Shown here in pieces: positions 21,401 to 29,380 of a stretch of DNA of 64,000 nt (position 1 is the first letter of the stretch; the number at the start of each line of letters is the position of its first letter). The notes under the pieces are model-generated. The model ran no database searches and was not told where the DNA came from. It saw nothing but the letters and a program-made list of their open reading frames with translations. The position numbers and the translations under genes were made by a program. Origin of the DNA: a phage; the sequence record NC_111505.1; one strand, given 5' to 3'.

Positions 21401-22274
21401 CTGTACCACCTTGCTCTATAGCAAGAGGTTGCCACGAGGCTGTTTGCTGGTTCCACATACCCCAACGGCCTGCTGCATCAAGCTGCAAGTACCCTGCCGT
21501 GTTTAAATCATCTCCAGCACGGATAACTGTTCTTGTTGGGTTGTTTGCCTCCAGGCGTTTAAATTCATCACGAAGTGCTATTCTTTTTGTTGTTGCTACA
21601 CCGTTGGTTACTGCAATGGTATACATGGCTCCTGAGGTAGCGCCACGGAAAATACCATCAACAGTTGTAGTATCACGACGAGATACCACACCGTTCAGAA
21701 ATTTTTCACCAGCTGCTTCAGAAGGGTAGTTAGTGGTTCTTCCCTCTTCAATAACTGCAGGGCCAACAAAGTTGACAAGGTGAATGACATCGCCTACAGT
21801 ATGCACAGTACCAAAATCTACCCGCTGTGCAAGCGCTTTAGCATCGTTGGCTGTCTGAACCGTAACATCCATTACATCCTGGACAGACTGCCCTTCAGCT
21901 GTCATGATCATAGATGCGCCAATGGTAGACTCCAGCTCCTCCCTTAAGGACGGGTCTGTATATACCATCCATGCAGCATCGGTAATCCCACCATCAGCGT
22001 ACGGTGAAGACAGTGCAGGAACAGTGTGCGGAAATTCGCCTTTCCAACGCAGGTAGAGGTCTTCCTCTTCGAAGTAGGCAAAATCCATTGGGCCGTTTAA
22101 CTTACCACCTTCCTTAAAGGAGATTACATGAGAAACAGTCCCATCCACATGGACAACATCGCCAATTTTTACACGACGGGTCAGGTCTGGTTGTTGAACA
22201 ACCAGGTAATCATCCTCTGTCACTGCGGTAGTGGCAGGAAGAGATTCAATTCTGACAACTTTAATATCAGCCAT
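18474..22274 (-). CDS. tail fiber/tailspike with C-terminal intramolecular chaperone (peptidase S74-like) domain
   Basis: 1266 aa; C-terminal ...SSDRDLKDNIEVIPDALEAIRKMNGYTYTLKENGMPYAGVIAQEV... matches the auto-cleaving chaperone domain of endosialidase-type fibers; N-terminal anchor region shared with ORF 24909-25577; terminator after stop. Confidence 0.65.
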   Translation of the reverse strand: MADIKVVRIESLPATTAVTEDDYLVVQQPDLTRRVKIGDVVHVDGTVSHVISFKEGGKLNGPMDFAYFEEEDLYLRWKGEFPHTVPALSSPYADGGITDAAWMVYTDPSLREELESTIGASMIMTAEGQSVQDVMDVTVQTANDAKALAQRVDFGTVHTVGDVIHLVNFVGPAVIEEGRTTNYPSEAAGEKFLNGVVSRRDTTTVDGIFRGATSGAMYTIAVTNGVATTKRIALRDEFKRLEANNPTRTVIRAGDDLNTAGYLQLDAAGRWGMWNQQTASWQPLAIEQGGTGARDAAGVRINIGAFYKQRAALEANFNINNLTGNQDGIYYQPMTANATEANGYPAGSGAGHLIVWQNNANGGTGCRQEYYPFSNVDVWYLRTYQANTNQWTAWQPMVRPRNDDTFRSHIGLGKNNSPAFGHLYLAQYSGDVKNASGILHGDKYDADGVLEHGYRIYSEVRNDNKTWLTVHLHKGAKGSETHRYLGFREDGVLDCPKYMQVGDLTGQLTNWGLGEWIRSSGAERGFWGSKKAAKMVVWDGGMDESGNGTLEWGVYNNRKAKWEPLPQAAGGTGATTLADAQNLFKVPIAAGVKDFLTLPRTAGMEDGKYYPIIVRTDPYYAPATGTDITLVTRSSSGGDPMNCATLQCHYRTGGWTDRGDSFYGVVNFYQNEKALLGMVAPTRGKQEYVAFYAEARAFPVSIYASRNVVEVFTREQDYQVGSVTNNQDGVKFVAPLQSADLNLAVLGDNNTNTRPIVDFKGTSGFYTGGGTQWHYIGTAERYAVMSKMNMPKVELWADGIDYLCYGSPRKALFSNAGFQCASDGTDDLTNGTFTSKCGNGAGLQGQAEFRSTPEAGQVIVRDVVGSAHRFYNFNKDGTFSAPGGFVCHTGADWNNQFGNNNPSKILAGNVNGPEGSMVVGGLSVAFSGNYAFQMAGRLDQLYTRSIEQGNHRAWNKVIQHRGQGLGTNDLNDYKGDREGFYHQEANAQATPDRNYPCSQAGTLIVYRNYANVPESCVQEYISYLGEKFLRYGTTIGGVFTWGHWQQLGGKGITLKTQGSNLEPEFTIHTGGGADVTNTSNMPSNTGRLYYWGNGADRKNVLEFQIGDNSTTGSWVFHCGAKADEAKSRYFAVNGAVVCTTVSQSSDRDLKDNIEVIPDALEAIRKMNGYTYTLKENGMPYAGVIAQEVMEALPEAVGSFVKRKEIEGPTQDGIPLMTEERFYNVDYAAVTGLLVQVCREQDDKITALEEQVKKLTEVVTELQEKLK

Positions 22275-22309
22275 TCTTTCTCCTGAAAGGGGGCAAACAG
22301 CCCCCTATG

Positions 22310-24907
22310 TTAAAGGTACAATCCACGGTATTGAGCATAAAGTCCCAGACCGCGAAGGATTTCGCCAGAGTGATAGCCTACCGGATCAGAAACTGCCCAG
22401 CAGCCGTTTAAAACATTATCCCCGTTAATGAAGTGGTGCTTTTGTAGTAACTTCACACAGGCTTCTACAACAATATCTATTTGAGGTATTGTCTCTGAAT
22501 ACCCGCAAAGACCTAGCCAGCAGCAACCTGCAAGCCATTCACCTACCACCCACATCCTGTCCCCTCTGTCTTGATAAGAATATCCACCAGAGGTGTTAAA
22601 GTCTGTAGGGAGATTTCCGGAATGAGATGACTGGAATCTGTTGAGGAACCATGCCCATTTCTGGCAGAACAGGAACAGTCTCTCATCAACAGGTTCTTTA
22701 TGTTTCTTAAGCTCATACAGTGTGCGGCACGCAGCAACAAAGGCTCTTGATTGGAGTTTAGAGTTATCTACCATCTCCCACCAACCAGTCAACCCCTCAT
22801 TACCCCTCTGCCATACGTAGCGGGATGCAACTGGTCCTTCTGTTCTAAATGTGTTATTATACCAAACTTGGGAGTCGTACATAAATCCAATTGTATTTGC
22901 CAATCTTTGACGATCTATGTTTTCCGCACCCATACAGTAGACTACCGGATATTGCATGCCGGGATAGGGCCAATTTGGCCTTTCCTCTAGAAGATAATTC
23001 TCCTTATCTATCACCTTTCCGGCAGGGAACACACCCGGAGTGTGTCTGTATGCGCCTTGCTTGTAGTTTCTGACATAGCAATCACCAACCTTGGCTGTTG
23101 ATTCTGTCTTGCTTGCCATCCATACACTAAACCAGATCATATAAGCATCTCTGTCTGCAACATAAAATTGCGGCAGCGTGTTGACGCAATACAGATCGAA
23201 CAAGCCATTGCCTATCTGCCTGTCGCTCAGGCTGAAATCTACAGAGGTAATTCCTTTAGGGTTAGCAAAGAAAGGTTTAATCTCATCTTCTGTGTGATGA
23301 GGTTGTGTCGGGTCTAGTTTAAAATCCCCTAGGGTAAGAGTTTCTGTTATCCATTGTCCGTTAGTGGCATATAGATCAGCATACCATAACCAACGGTCTT
23401 TGTCAAGAAATTTGACCCTTACCATCTCATCATCTGATCGATAAGTTACTGAGTTTAAAGAGATCTCTCTTCCAAAATTGAAAGTTACCTTGCCTCTTGC
23501 TATGTTGCAACGGGTGAAGTTGTCGGAGTGGTTATAAATGTCGGTATCATACTGCATACTAACACTAGCGCCACCGCTTACGACAATGTTTTCCTCTTTT
23601 GGTAAGAGATACGGGTTACCATCTTTACCAACCACCTCTACGAAATCGGTAACCTTGGCAACTGTCTCTGTTACCTCTGCCCCTCCAAAAGGGACACCTA
23701 TCCTATACTGTTTTTTGTTATTGTTGCCATCATTAAGAATGAAGTGTGGCTGGAACAGAACCCCTTCTCCTCCGAAATTCATAACAATTTCAGCATCTCT
23801 GCCTATCTTGTATGTAGTCCCTTTTTGGATTATTTCGCAAGGTTGGCGTGCGTTCATTCTAAAATTGATATACCCGTCACTGTCCCTGCTCATGACAGGA
23901 ACTGTTCCTGCAACAAGACAAGTACCATCTGTAAACGGTGCCTTAATCAACGTGGTCTTTCTAAACAGTTTGTCGTAGGCATTTATATCACTGAAATTAA
24001 GCAGCTTGTTGTAAGACTGCTTAAACGCAGTGTAATACTTTTCCTCACCTGTCAAGGTGTAGAGTTGATAACAAGCGTCACACCACATTTCTTCCCCGTC
24101 CAACTCTGGGGCTTGATTGTCTGCAACCACATTTATAGGATTTACAATTACAGGGGATCCAGCAGGTATCACCGATCCACCCTGCTCTTGTGGCAATCTC
24201 ACACAGTAGGTTACCTTGTGACTTCCTGTAACACCCTTATCTTGTAATTGGATTGTGCCGAACTCTACAGACGTATGACCACTGTCGGCTATACTACCGT
24301 TAGCCCAATAGCGGTTACCATCCCATGCTATATACCACTCAACCCACCAACTTAATCCGGATGTTGTCCAATCTGGGTTAGCATCTGTGCCACCGTAAAC
24401 ATCGGAGTCTACAGTGTTTCTTCCTAACACACCGTTATACGCTTGGAATGCCTTGTCCAGGTATTCACCCCATGTTGGAGATCCTGCTGGAATTTTTCCT
24501 CTACCATTGGTAAAAGACACCACCACATCTTTAAACCCACCGTGTGATGGAACCCCATCTGTGGATAGAGGGTAGTGGGACAATCTTTGCATTTTACTTT
24601 CTACTGCATATGCACCCAGAAGATGACTATTGTAAGCTTCCCAAGCATCTTTTGCCCTATCCAGATAGAAATCGCTTTTCGATGCCCTATATGCTTCAAT
24701 GTATCCCAGAATCAACACAGCTTGGGACTCATGCATTGCCCAATCATTATTTATCTTATTACCTGCCCACCCTGCAGCTATAAGACCATCAGGGTTTACT
24801 AGCTTATTTTGTGTAGGGGTGTTGGTAATACCTGTGTTGTTATCGAGGCACTTCCTGTGCCCCTCAATCATCTGAAATACGTTATCAATGTTGTGTTGAA
24901 TACGCAT
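22310..24907 (-). CDS. putative tailspike enzymatic module (polysaccharide depolymerase-like), 865 aa
   Basis: Large Trp/Tyr/Gly-rich protein immediately after the anchor-like ORF (stop and start separated by 1 nt); enzymatic role is inference. Confidence 0.4.
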   Translation of the reverse strand: MRIQHNIDNVFQMIEGHRKCLDNNTGITNTPTQNKLVNPDGLIAAGWAGNKINNDWAMHESQAVLILGYIEAYRASKSDFYLDRAKDAWEAYNSHLLGAYAVESKMQRLSHYPLSTDGVPSHGGFKDVVVSFTNGRGKIPAGSPTWGEYLDKAFQAYNGVLGRNTVDSDVYGGTDANPDWTTSGLSWWVEWYIAWDGNRYWANGSIADSGHTSVEFGTIQLQDKGVTGSHKVTYCVRLPQEQGGSVIPAGSPVIVNPINVVADNQAPELDGEEMWCDACYQLYTLTGEEKYYTAFKQSYNKLLNFSDINAYDKLFRKTTLIKAPFTDGTCLVAGTVPVMSRDSDGYINFRMNARQPCEIIQKGTTYKIGRDAEIVMNFGGEGVLFQPHFILNDGNNNKKQYRIGVPFGGAEVTETVAKVTDFVEVVGKDGNPYLLPKEENIVVSGGASVSMQYDTDIYNHSDNFTRCNIARGKVTFNFGREISLNSVTYRSDDEMVRVKFLDKDRWLWYADLYATNGQWITETLTLGDFKLDPTQPHHTEDEIKPFFANPKGITSVDFSLSDRQIGNGLFDLYCVNTLPQFYVADRDAYMIWFSVWMASKTESTAKVGDCYVRNYKQGAYRHTPGVFPAGKVIDKENYLLEERPNWPYPGMQYPVVYCMGAENIDRQRLANTIGFMYDSQVWYNNTFRTEGPVASRYVWQRGNEGLTGWWEMVDNSKLQSRAFVAACRTLYELKKHKEPVDERLFLFCQKWAWFLNRFQSSHSGNLPTDFNTSGGYSYQDRGDRMWVVGEWLAGCCWLGLCGYSETIPQIDIVVEACVKLLQKHHFINGDNVLNGCWAVSDPVGYHSGEILRGLGLYAQYRGLYL

Positions 24908-24908
24908 C

Positions 24909-25577
24909 TTAGATAGCTCCTGCGATAATCAGTGCCCCGTACCAAGTTAGCCCGTTGTCGTAGGTTTCCAACTTGAAAATGTCTGTTGCACCAGCTGTAA
25001 ATGTTAGGATAGGATCTCTTCCGTAGGACCATTTAACATTACCAGGCCAATAGACTTTGTTGCCGCCAGAGGTCTGAGTAATGCATACGGTTATGGTTCT
25101 CGCCACCCCTTCAAGACCTTCTGTTTGATTTTCAAAAGAGATTGTGGTATTTGAAGTTAGTCGAACCTTAAAGGTATCCGCAACTTCAAGATCCATATCA
25201 AGCTGACCACCGATAGATCCGTAATCAACTATTCTGCCAGAAGAAGTTGCAGCAAGCTCACCAAAAACAGACCAGGCATTTGCAGACACACCCCCAGCAC
25301 CCTCTACAGTGGAGTCTGGGAGGATTATTTTAGGATAATCCCCGTTCCACGTGTAGTAGCGCTTAGTTTCTGGATCATAAGCAAAGTCCTTCTTGCTCTT
25401 AAGATAACCACCCTCTGTGAAATAGACTATCTTAGTAATGCTAAGATCGTTGACAACATCGTCAATCTTAGCCTTTCTTGTCCCATCAGTCTGGTTGACA
25501 ACCAAGAAGTCATCACTCAGGACTGTTTCTGCATCTTCAAGATCTGGAATTGGTATTGTAGGATAAGCTACAGCCAT
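24909..25577 (-). CDS. tail fiber N-terminal anchor-domain protein (222 aa)
   Basis: N-terminus (IPIPDLEDAETVLSDDFLVVNQTDGTRKAKIDDVVN...YFTEGGYL) parallels the N-terminus of the 1266-aa fiber (ESLPATTAVTEDDYLVVQQPDLTRRVKIGDVVH...SFKEGGKL). Confidence 0.45.
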   Translation of the reverse strand: MAVAYPTIPIPDLEDAETVLSDDFLVVNQTDGTRKAKIDDVVNDLSITKIVYFTEGGYLKSKKDFAYDPETKRYYTWNGDYPKIILPDSTVEGAGGVSANAWSVFGELAATSSGRIVDYGSIGGQLDMDLEVADTFKVRLTSNTTISFENQTEGLEGVARTITVCITQTSGGNKVYWPGNVKWSYGRDPILTFTAGATDIFKLETYDNGLTWYGALIIAGAI

Positions 25578-25586
25578 GATTTCTCC

Positions 25587-26303
25587 TTAGTTAACATCAA
25601 TAGCACGACCAGACTGGTTGGCAATAGCCTCATCATTGGAGGTAGCAATAACACCAGAGTATTCGCGCTCATCTGGAGCAAGCGTCCAGGTATTGCGGTT
25701 AATGGTTTGTTCTGCCTCAGTCATCAGCAGATCTTTATCCTGAGTCAACAGAGAGCCTACAGGGATCGGGTTTTCCATCTCAGGACCAGCATACTGGTTC
25801 CACCATGTGGCATCTCCGGTTCTAGGCAATCTGAAGTTGATCAGATAGTACAGTTTATTAGCCCACTTAATCCAACCCTCATCATCACAAAGAGAGGTTG
25901 TCCCAGAATCAGGCTGTGGGTAGGTGAGCTGATCAAGACCTACGAAGGCCAGCCTTACAATCTCGTTCTCTTTGGTAACAACCTCAAAGAACGCTTGGTA
26001 TGTTCTCGATCTTCGATCCATGGTAGACTGGAAGTTTATGATGTTTAGCACATCCGGCTCTTGTCTTGCCACTTCCATAATCTTGTTATCAAGAACAGTC
26101 TTCATGACCTTCTTACTGAGAAAGTCCATATAAGGGAAGCCAAACAGCTCGTCAAAGTACCAGCTCCCCTTCCACGTATTAAACCTCATCCACAAGCGCT
26201 GGCGCAGACTTACCTGGTTTGAATCTATCAACTCAAGACCTTTGTCTATCGCCAAATCTCCTGTTTGTGGGTCCATCAATATATCACTATAAAGCGTAGC
26301 CAT
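25587..26303 (-). CDS. putative baseplate wedge protein (238 aa)
   Basis: Position next to spike-like gene; weak resemblance to gp25/W-type wedge proteins. Confidence 0.35.
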   Translation of the reverse strand: MATLYSDILMDPQTGDLAIDKGLELIDSNQVSLRQRLWMRFNTWKGSWYFDELFGFPYMDFLSKKVMKTVLDNKIMEVARQEPDVLNIINFQSTMDRRSRTYQAFFEVVTKENEIVRLAFVGLDQLTYPQPDSGTTSLCDDEGWIKWANKLYYLINFRLPRTGDATWWNQYAGPEMENPIPVGSLLTQDKDLLMTEAEQTINRNTWTLAPDEREYSGVIATSNDEAIANQSGRAIDVN

Positions 26304-26315
26304 GAAAGCCCTCTA

Positions 26316-26993
26316 TTAGTGCGGTCCACTTGTCTCGCCATCAGGGCAAGAGTGGGTATGACCTTTATATTCTGCATAGAATGAATCCAAATCCACACCA
26401 GCAGCAGTTATAATTCTACCAGATGGGTCTATTGTGGCACCATTCATTCTGATATTTCCATCCACAGCAGCTCGCAAATTGGCAGCCCCGTTAGTGAAAG
26501 AAAACTCCCCACTGCTGTCGCACCGTAATGTCCCACCCGGTGTTTGAAGCTCAAAATCGCCAGAAGGTGTCAGTTTAAAATAAACCCTATCATTCCATAA
26601 CTCTACGTTATCAGGATCAATTTGTAAAGCGTTCGAGTCTGAATGAACAGAGGTGATTGCCCACCCTGGAAACAGGCCGTGAGTTTGTTGATCGTCGTTA
26701 TTGTTTTCATTCCTCTCTGAAAACTGCAATCCTACAACATCTCCGGCCTTAATAGGGAGTGTTAACCTTGCCTTTCCGCTGTTTGCAGACATCACCTGAA
26801 TCGGAACGTCATAGATAAGAGGGTATCTCTCCACATCTCCGTCATCAAACGTGGTTTCAGCTATTGGCTGCACGGCTGCAGAAGGTATACTGTAGTCAAC
26901 ACTGACAACTCTGGCCCTGATACTGGTGTGGTAGTCCCTCATTATTTTTTCTATAAAGGATCTTACAGCAGCATCTTTCCTATTTATTGCCAT
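26316..26993 (-). CDS. putative baseplate central spike (gpV-like)
   Basis: 225 aa; C-terminal ...YKGHTHSCPDGETSGPH resembles the metal-binding spike apex of V-type spikes; synteny. Confidence 0.45.
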   Translation of the reverse strand: MAINRKDAAVRSFIEKIMRDYHTSIRARVVSVDYSIPSAAVQPIAETTFDDGDVERYPLIYDVPIQVMSANSGKARLTLPIKAGDVVGLQFSERNENNNDDQQTHGLFPGWAITSVHSDSNALQIDPDNVELWNDRVYFKLTPSGDFELQTPGGTLRCDSSGEFSFTNGAANLRAAVDGNIRMNGATIDPSGRIITAAGVDLDSFYAEYKGHTHSCPDGETSGPH

Positions 26994-27997
26994 TATACCT
27001 CCTCAGTTTTGTCAACAACTCCACCTACTGTTTCCCCAAGACCAAGCTCTGTAGTGTAATCACCACCTTCTATGGTGCCCTTATGATGCACCGTGATCAC
27101 CTTATAGAAGCCTGTATATTGATTGCTTTTAAGATAAATAGTGGACTCTGGGAGGATAGCTCCGTTAAGGCATGTGGTTACAGTAAGGCCAACATCCTCT
27201 CTCGGGTTTTTCTTTTTCTTTTTAGATGTCGAACCACCTTTGGCAGCAGCTTTAGCTTTTCGTTTTTTAGCAGGTTCTGGGTTTTTAGGGGTAGGTGATC
27301 CGTGCATCCCAGACTCTGCACTTATTTCAAACACAGAGTCCTTGAACCTTTTTCCAACCTTGGTCCAATATAAAGCACCGTCCTGAACGCTGAATGTTGA
27401 GTTTGTCAGCCTTGCAAACCTGCGGAGGTTTTCTGCGGTGTTTCCGGAGAAAGCCATAGAGTATTGCAAAGTCTGGTTTCCAAAACCAACAACCCTACCT
27501 TTTGGCAAGTTCATATCCTTCAGCAGGTCATTAAGCACAGAGTTCAGAGGTGTGCCTTTCTGATAAGATCTTGTGCTCTGGCACTTAATGATGTTCTCAG
27601 TGCCATCCCCAAAGATGAACTTAGTTTTTCTGGTCGGACCTTCCCACCTGTCTTCAACAAACTCCACAGTTCCGGAGAATATCAACTGGTTCTCATTATC
27701 ATAGCCAGCTTCAAACATAACTGCAAGGGCATCAGCCTGATGCATATCCAGATAGTTAACTGTATCGTCAGACAGGTTGTAAACTGTCACATAGCCTTTG
27801 TTTGGCTCTTTGGTATTATCCTTTTGTATGTCAAACTCTATATTGGCAGCACCAGTGTCCGAGCTAATCTCATAAACTCCGGAATCACTCTCCCCTTTCT
27901 TTTCAACAGATTTTGGGATATTGGTTTTTGATTTGCCGCCATGTTCTACAGGACGACCAAATAGCAATCGCCATGTTCTACGTCTGTACTCTGCCAT
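26993..27997 (-). CDS. putative baseplate hub protein (334 aa)
   Basis: ORF track; Lys-rich linker (KKRKAKAAAKGGSTSKKKKK); start overlaps upstream stop. Confidence 0.35.
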   Translation of the reverse strand: MAEYRRRTWRLLFGRPVEHGGKSKTNIPKSVEKKGESDSGVYEISSDTGAANIEFDIQKDNTKEPNKGYVTVYNLSDDTVNYLDMHQADALAVMFEAGYDNENQLIFSGTVEFVEDRWEGPTRKTKFIFGDGTENIIKCQSTRSYQKGTPLNSVLNDLLKDMNLPKGRVVGFGNQTLQYSMAFSGNTAENLRRFARLTNSTFSVQDGALYWTKVGKRFKDSVFEISAESGMHGSPTPKNPEPAKKRKAKAAAKGGSTSKKKKKNPREDVGLTVTTCLNGAILPESTIYLKSNQYTGFYKVITVHHKGTIEGGDYTTELGLGETVGGVVDKTEEV

Positions 27998-28377
27998 TAT
28001 TCTAACCCTTGCTGTTCCTTGTAAAGATCAACTGGGGTACCGTATACAAGTTGCAGCTCAGATCTTGCTCCAAGGTTGTATCTTCCAACCCTTCCCCAAT
28101 ATTGATCGTCTTTAAACGACAGCACCATCAATCTACCTTTCGGTAAATCGTCTCTGTAATGCAGTCCGTCTAGAATATCTTGACAAGCTGTTACTTTTCT
28201 GGTTACTAAAGGACTGTCACCTACCGGACCAAGAGATAACCACCAGGACTCATCCCTCTCATTCCATTGCATACGCATTTCATACGTCTCATTGTCTAAA
28301 ACAACACGCATGGTTTGATCAGGAAAGCCGTCAATGTCCCACACAAAGGTGATTATGCACCAATCTTTAAGCTCCAT
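27997..28377 (-). CDS. hypothetical tail protein (126 aa)
   Basis: ORF track; synteny. Confidence 0.3.
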   Translation of the reverse strand: MELKDWCIITFVWDIDGFPDQTMRVVLDNETYEMRMQWNERDESWWLSLGPVGDSPLVTRKVTACQDILDGLHYRDDLPKGRLMVLSFKDDQYWGRVGRYNLGARSELQLVYGTPVDLYKEQQGLE

Positions 28378-28389
28378 TACACGCTCCCC

Positions 28390-29301
28390 TTATTTTCCGT
28401 TAACTTTGTTGTAGTTCCCCTGCTCAGATGGGACTATGGTAGAAGGTCTTCCATATTCCTGATAATACCAATCCGCAGCAGATTGGGTAACACCGTTTTC
28501 ATCCGTCCACATCATAGATTTGTATGGCTGCCACTCTTCTGCAGCATTTGTGGATGCAGTGTCTGCAAATGCCCCTGTGTCCCTCTTGTTACCTACGTTA
28601 CTGCCATTCTTACAGTCGTTGACAGCACCTTTTTGCTGGGTCTTGCCCACTTTCTTAGGGTTGCTGTATACAGTTGCATTAACAACCTTGTTCAAGTAGA
28701 ATGTGCGGAACTCTGTAAGTTCTACATCAAACACCATCGCAGCACCTTCACCAACAGACTTGTTGGCAGAAAGGCTGGTTATGATGTAGTTCTCAAGGAG
28801 TCTCTCCTCGGTAACCAAAGAAACCAACTGGCGCTTATTAATGATCTCAGTCAAAGCCTCCAGTGCAGCGCCCGGTCGCATAGATGCTGCAGGGTTTTTA
28901 GAGTCAGTATTCCTGTCAATGTAGTTTTGCTCATAGATTATATGTGGTGATGTATTTACCCTACCAGTAAAAGAAAATACACCATCTTTAATTACAGCGT
29001 GGTCTGACAGGGTAGATTTATCTTCCACCGCAAAATCAGTCTTATCAACCGTATGTTTGAAAGAGTAGTTCTCAATCTGATCGAAGATGATGGCAAGATC
29101 GTTAGTAAAGTTTTTACCCTTCATCTCCGTATTGCGACCACCATAGTTAAGACCGCTGACAAACATAGTGTATTTTACATCGCTTTCAGTTTGCTGCTCT
29201 GCCTTTTCAGCCTTTGGAGATTTAACCTCTTGAGGCTTGTACAGGTCTTTTTCATCAACTATATTGCTTGGCATAACCTCTCCAGGACACTCCGATACCA
29301 T
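28390..29301 (-). CDS. hypothetical tail/baseplate protein (303 aa)
   Basis: ORF track; first gene after tape measure. Confidence 0.3.
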   Translation of the reverse strand: MVSECPGEVMPSNIVDEKDLYKPQEVKSPKAEKAEQQTESDVKYTMFVSGLNYGGRNTEMKGKNFTNDLAIIFDQIENYSFKHTVDKTDFAVEDKSTLSDHAVIKDGVFSFTGRVNTSPHIIYEQNYIDRNTDSKNPAASMRPGAALEALTEIINKRQLVSLVTEERLLENYIITSLSANKSVGEGAAMVFDVELTEFRTFYLNKVVNATVYSNPKKVGKTQQKGAVNDCKNGSNVGNKRDTGAFADTASTNAAEEWQPYKSMMWTDENGVTQSAADWYYQEYGRPSTIVPSEQGNYNKVNGK

Positions 29302-29340
29302 CTAAATATTGTATCATAAAATAGCCGTTTTTACAACACC

Positions 29341-29368
29341 GATAAAATAAAGGGGGCCGGAGCCCCCT
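29341..29368 (-). terminator. rho-independent terminator after tape measure gene
   Basis: Minus strand AGGGGGC-TCCG-GCCCCCT followed by TTATTTTATC. Confidence 0.55.
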
Positions 29369-29380
29369 GTGTGCTGTTTA

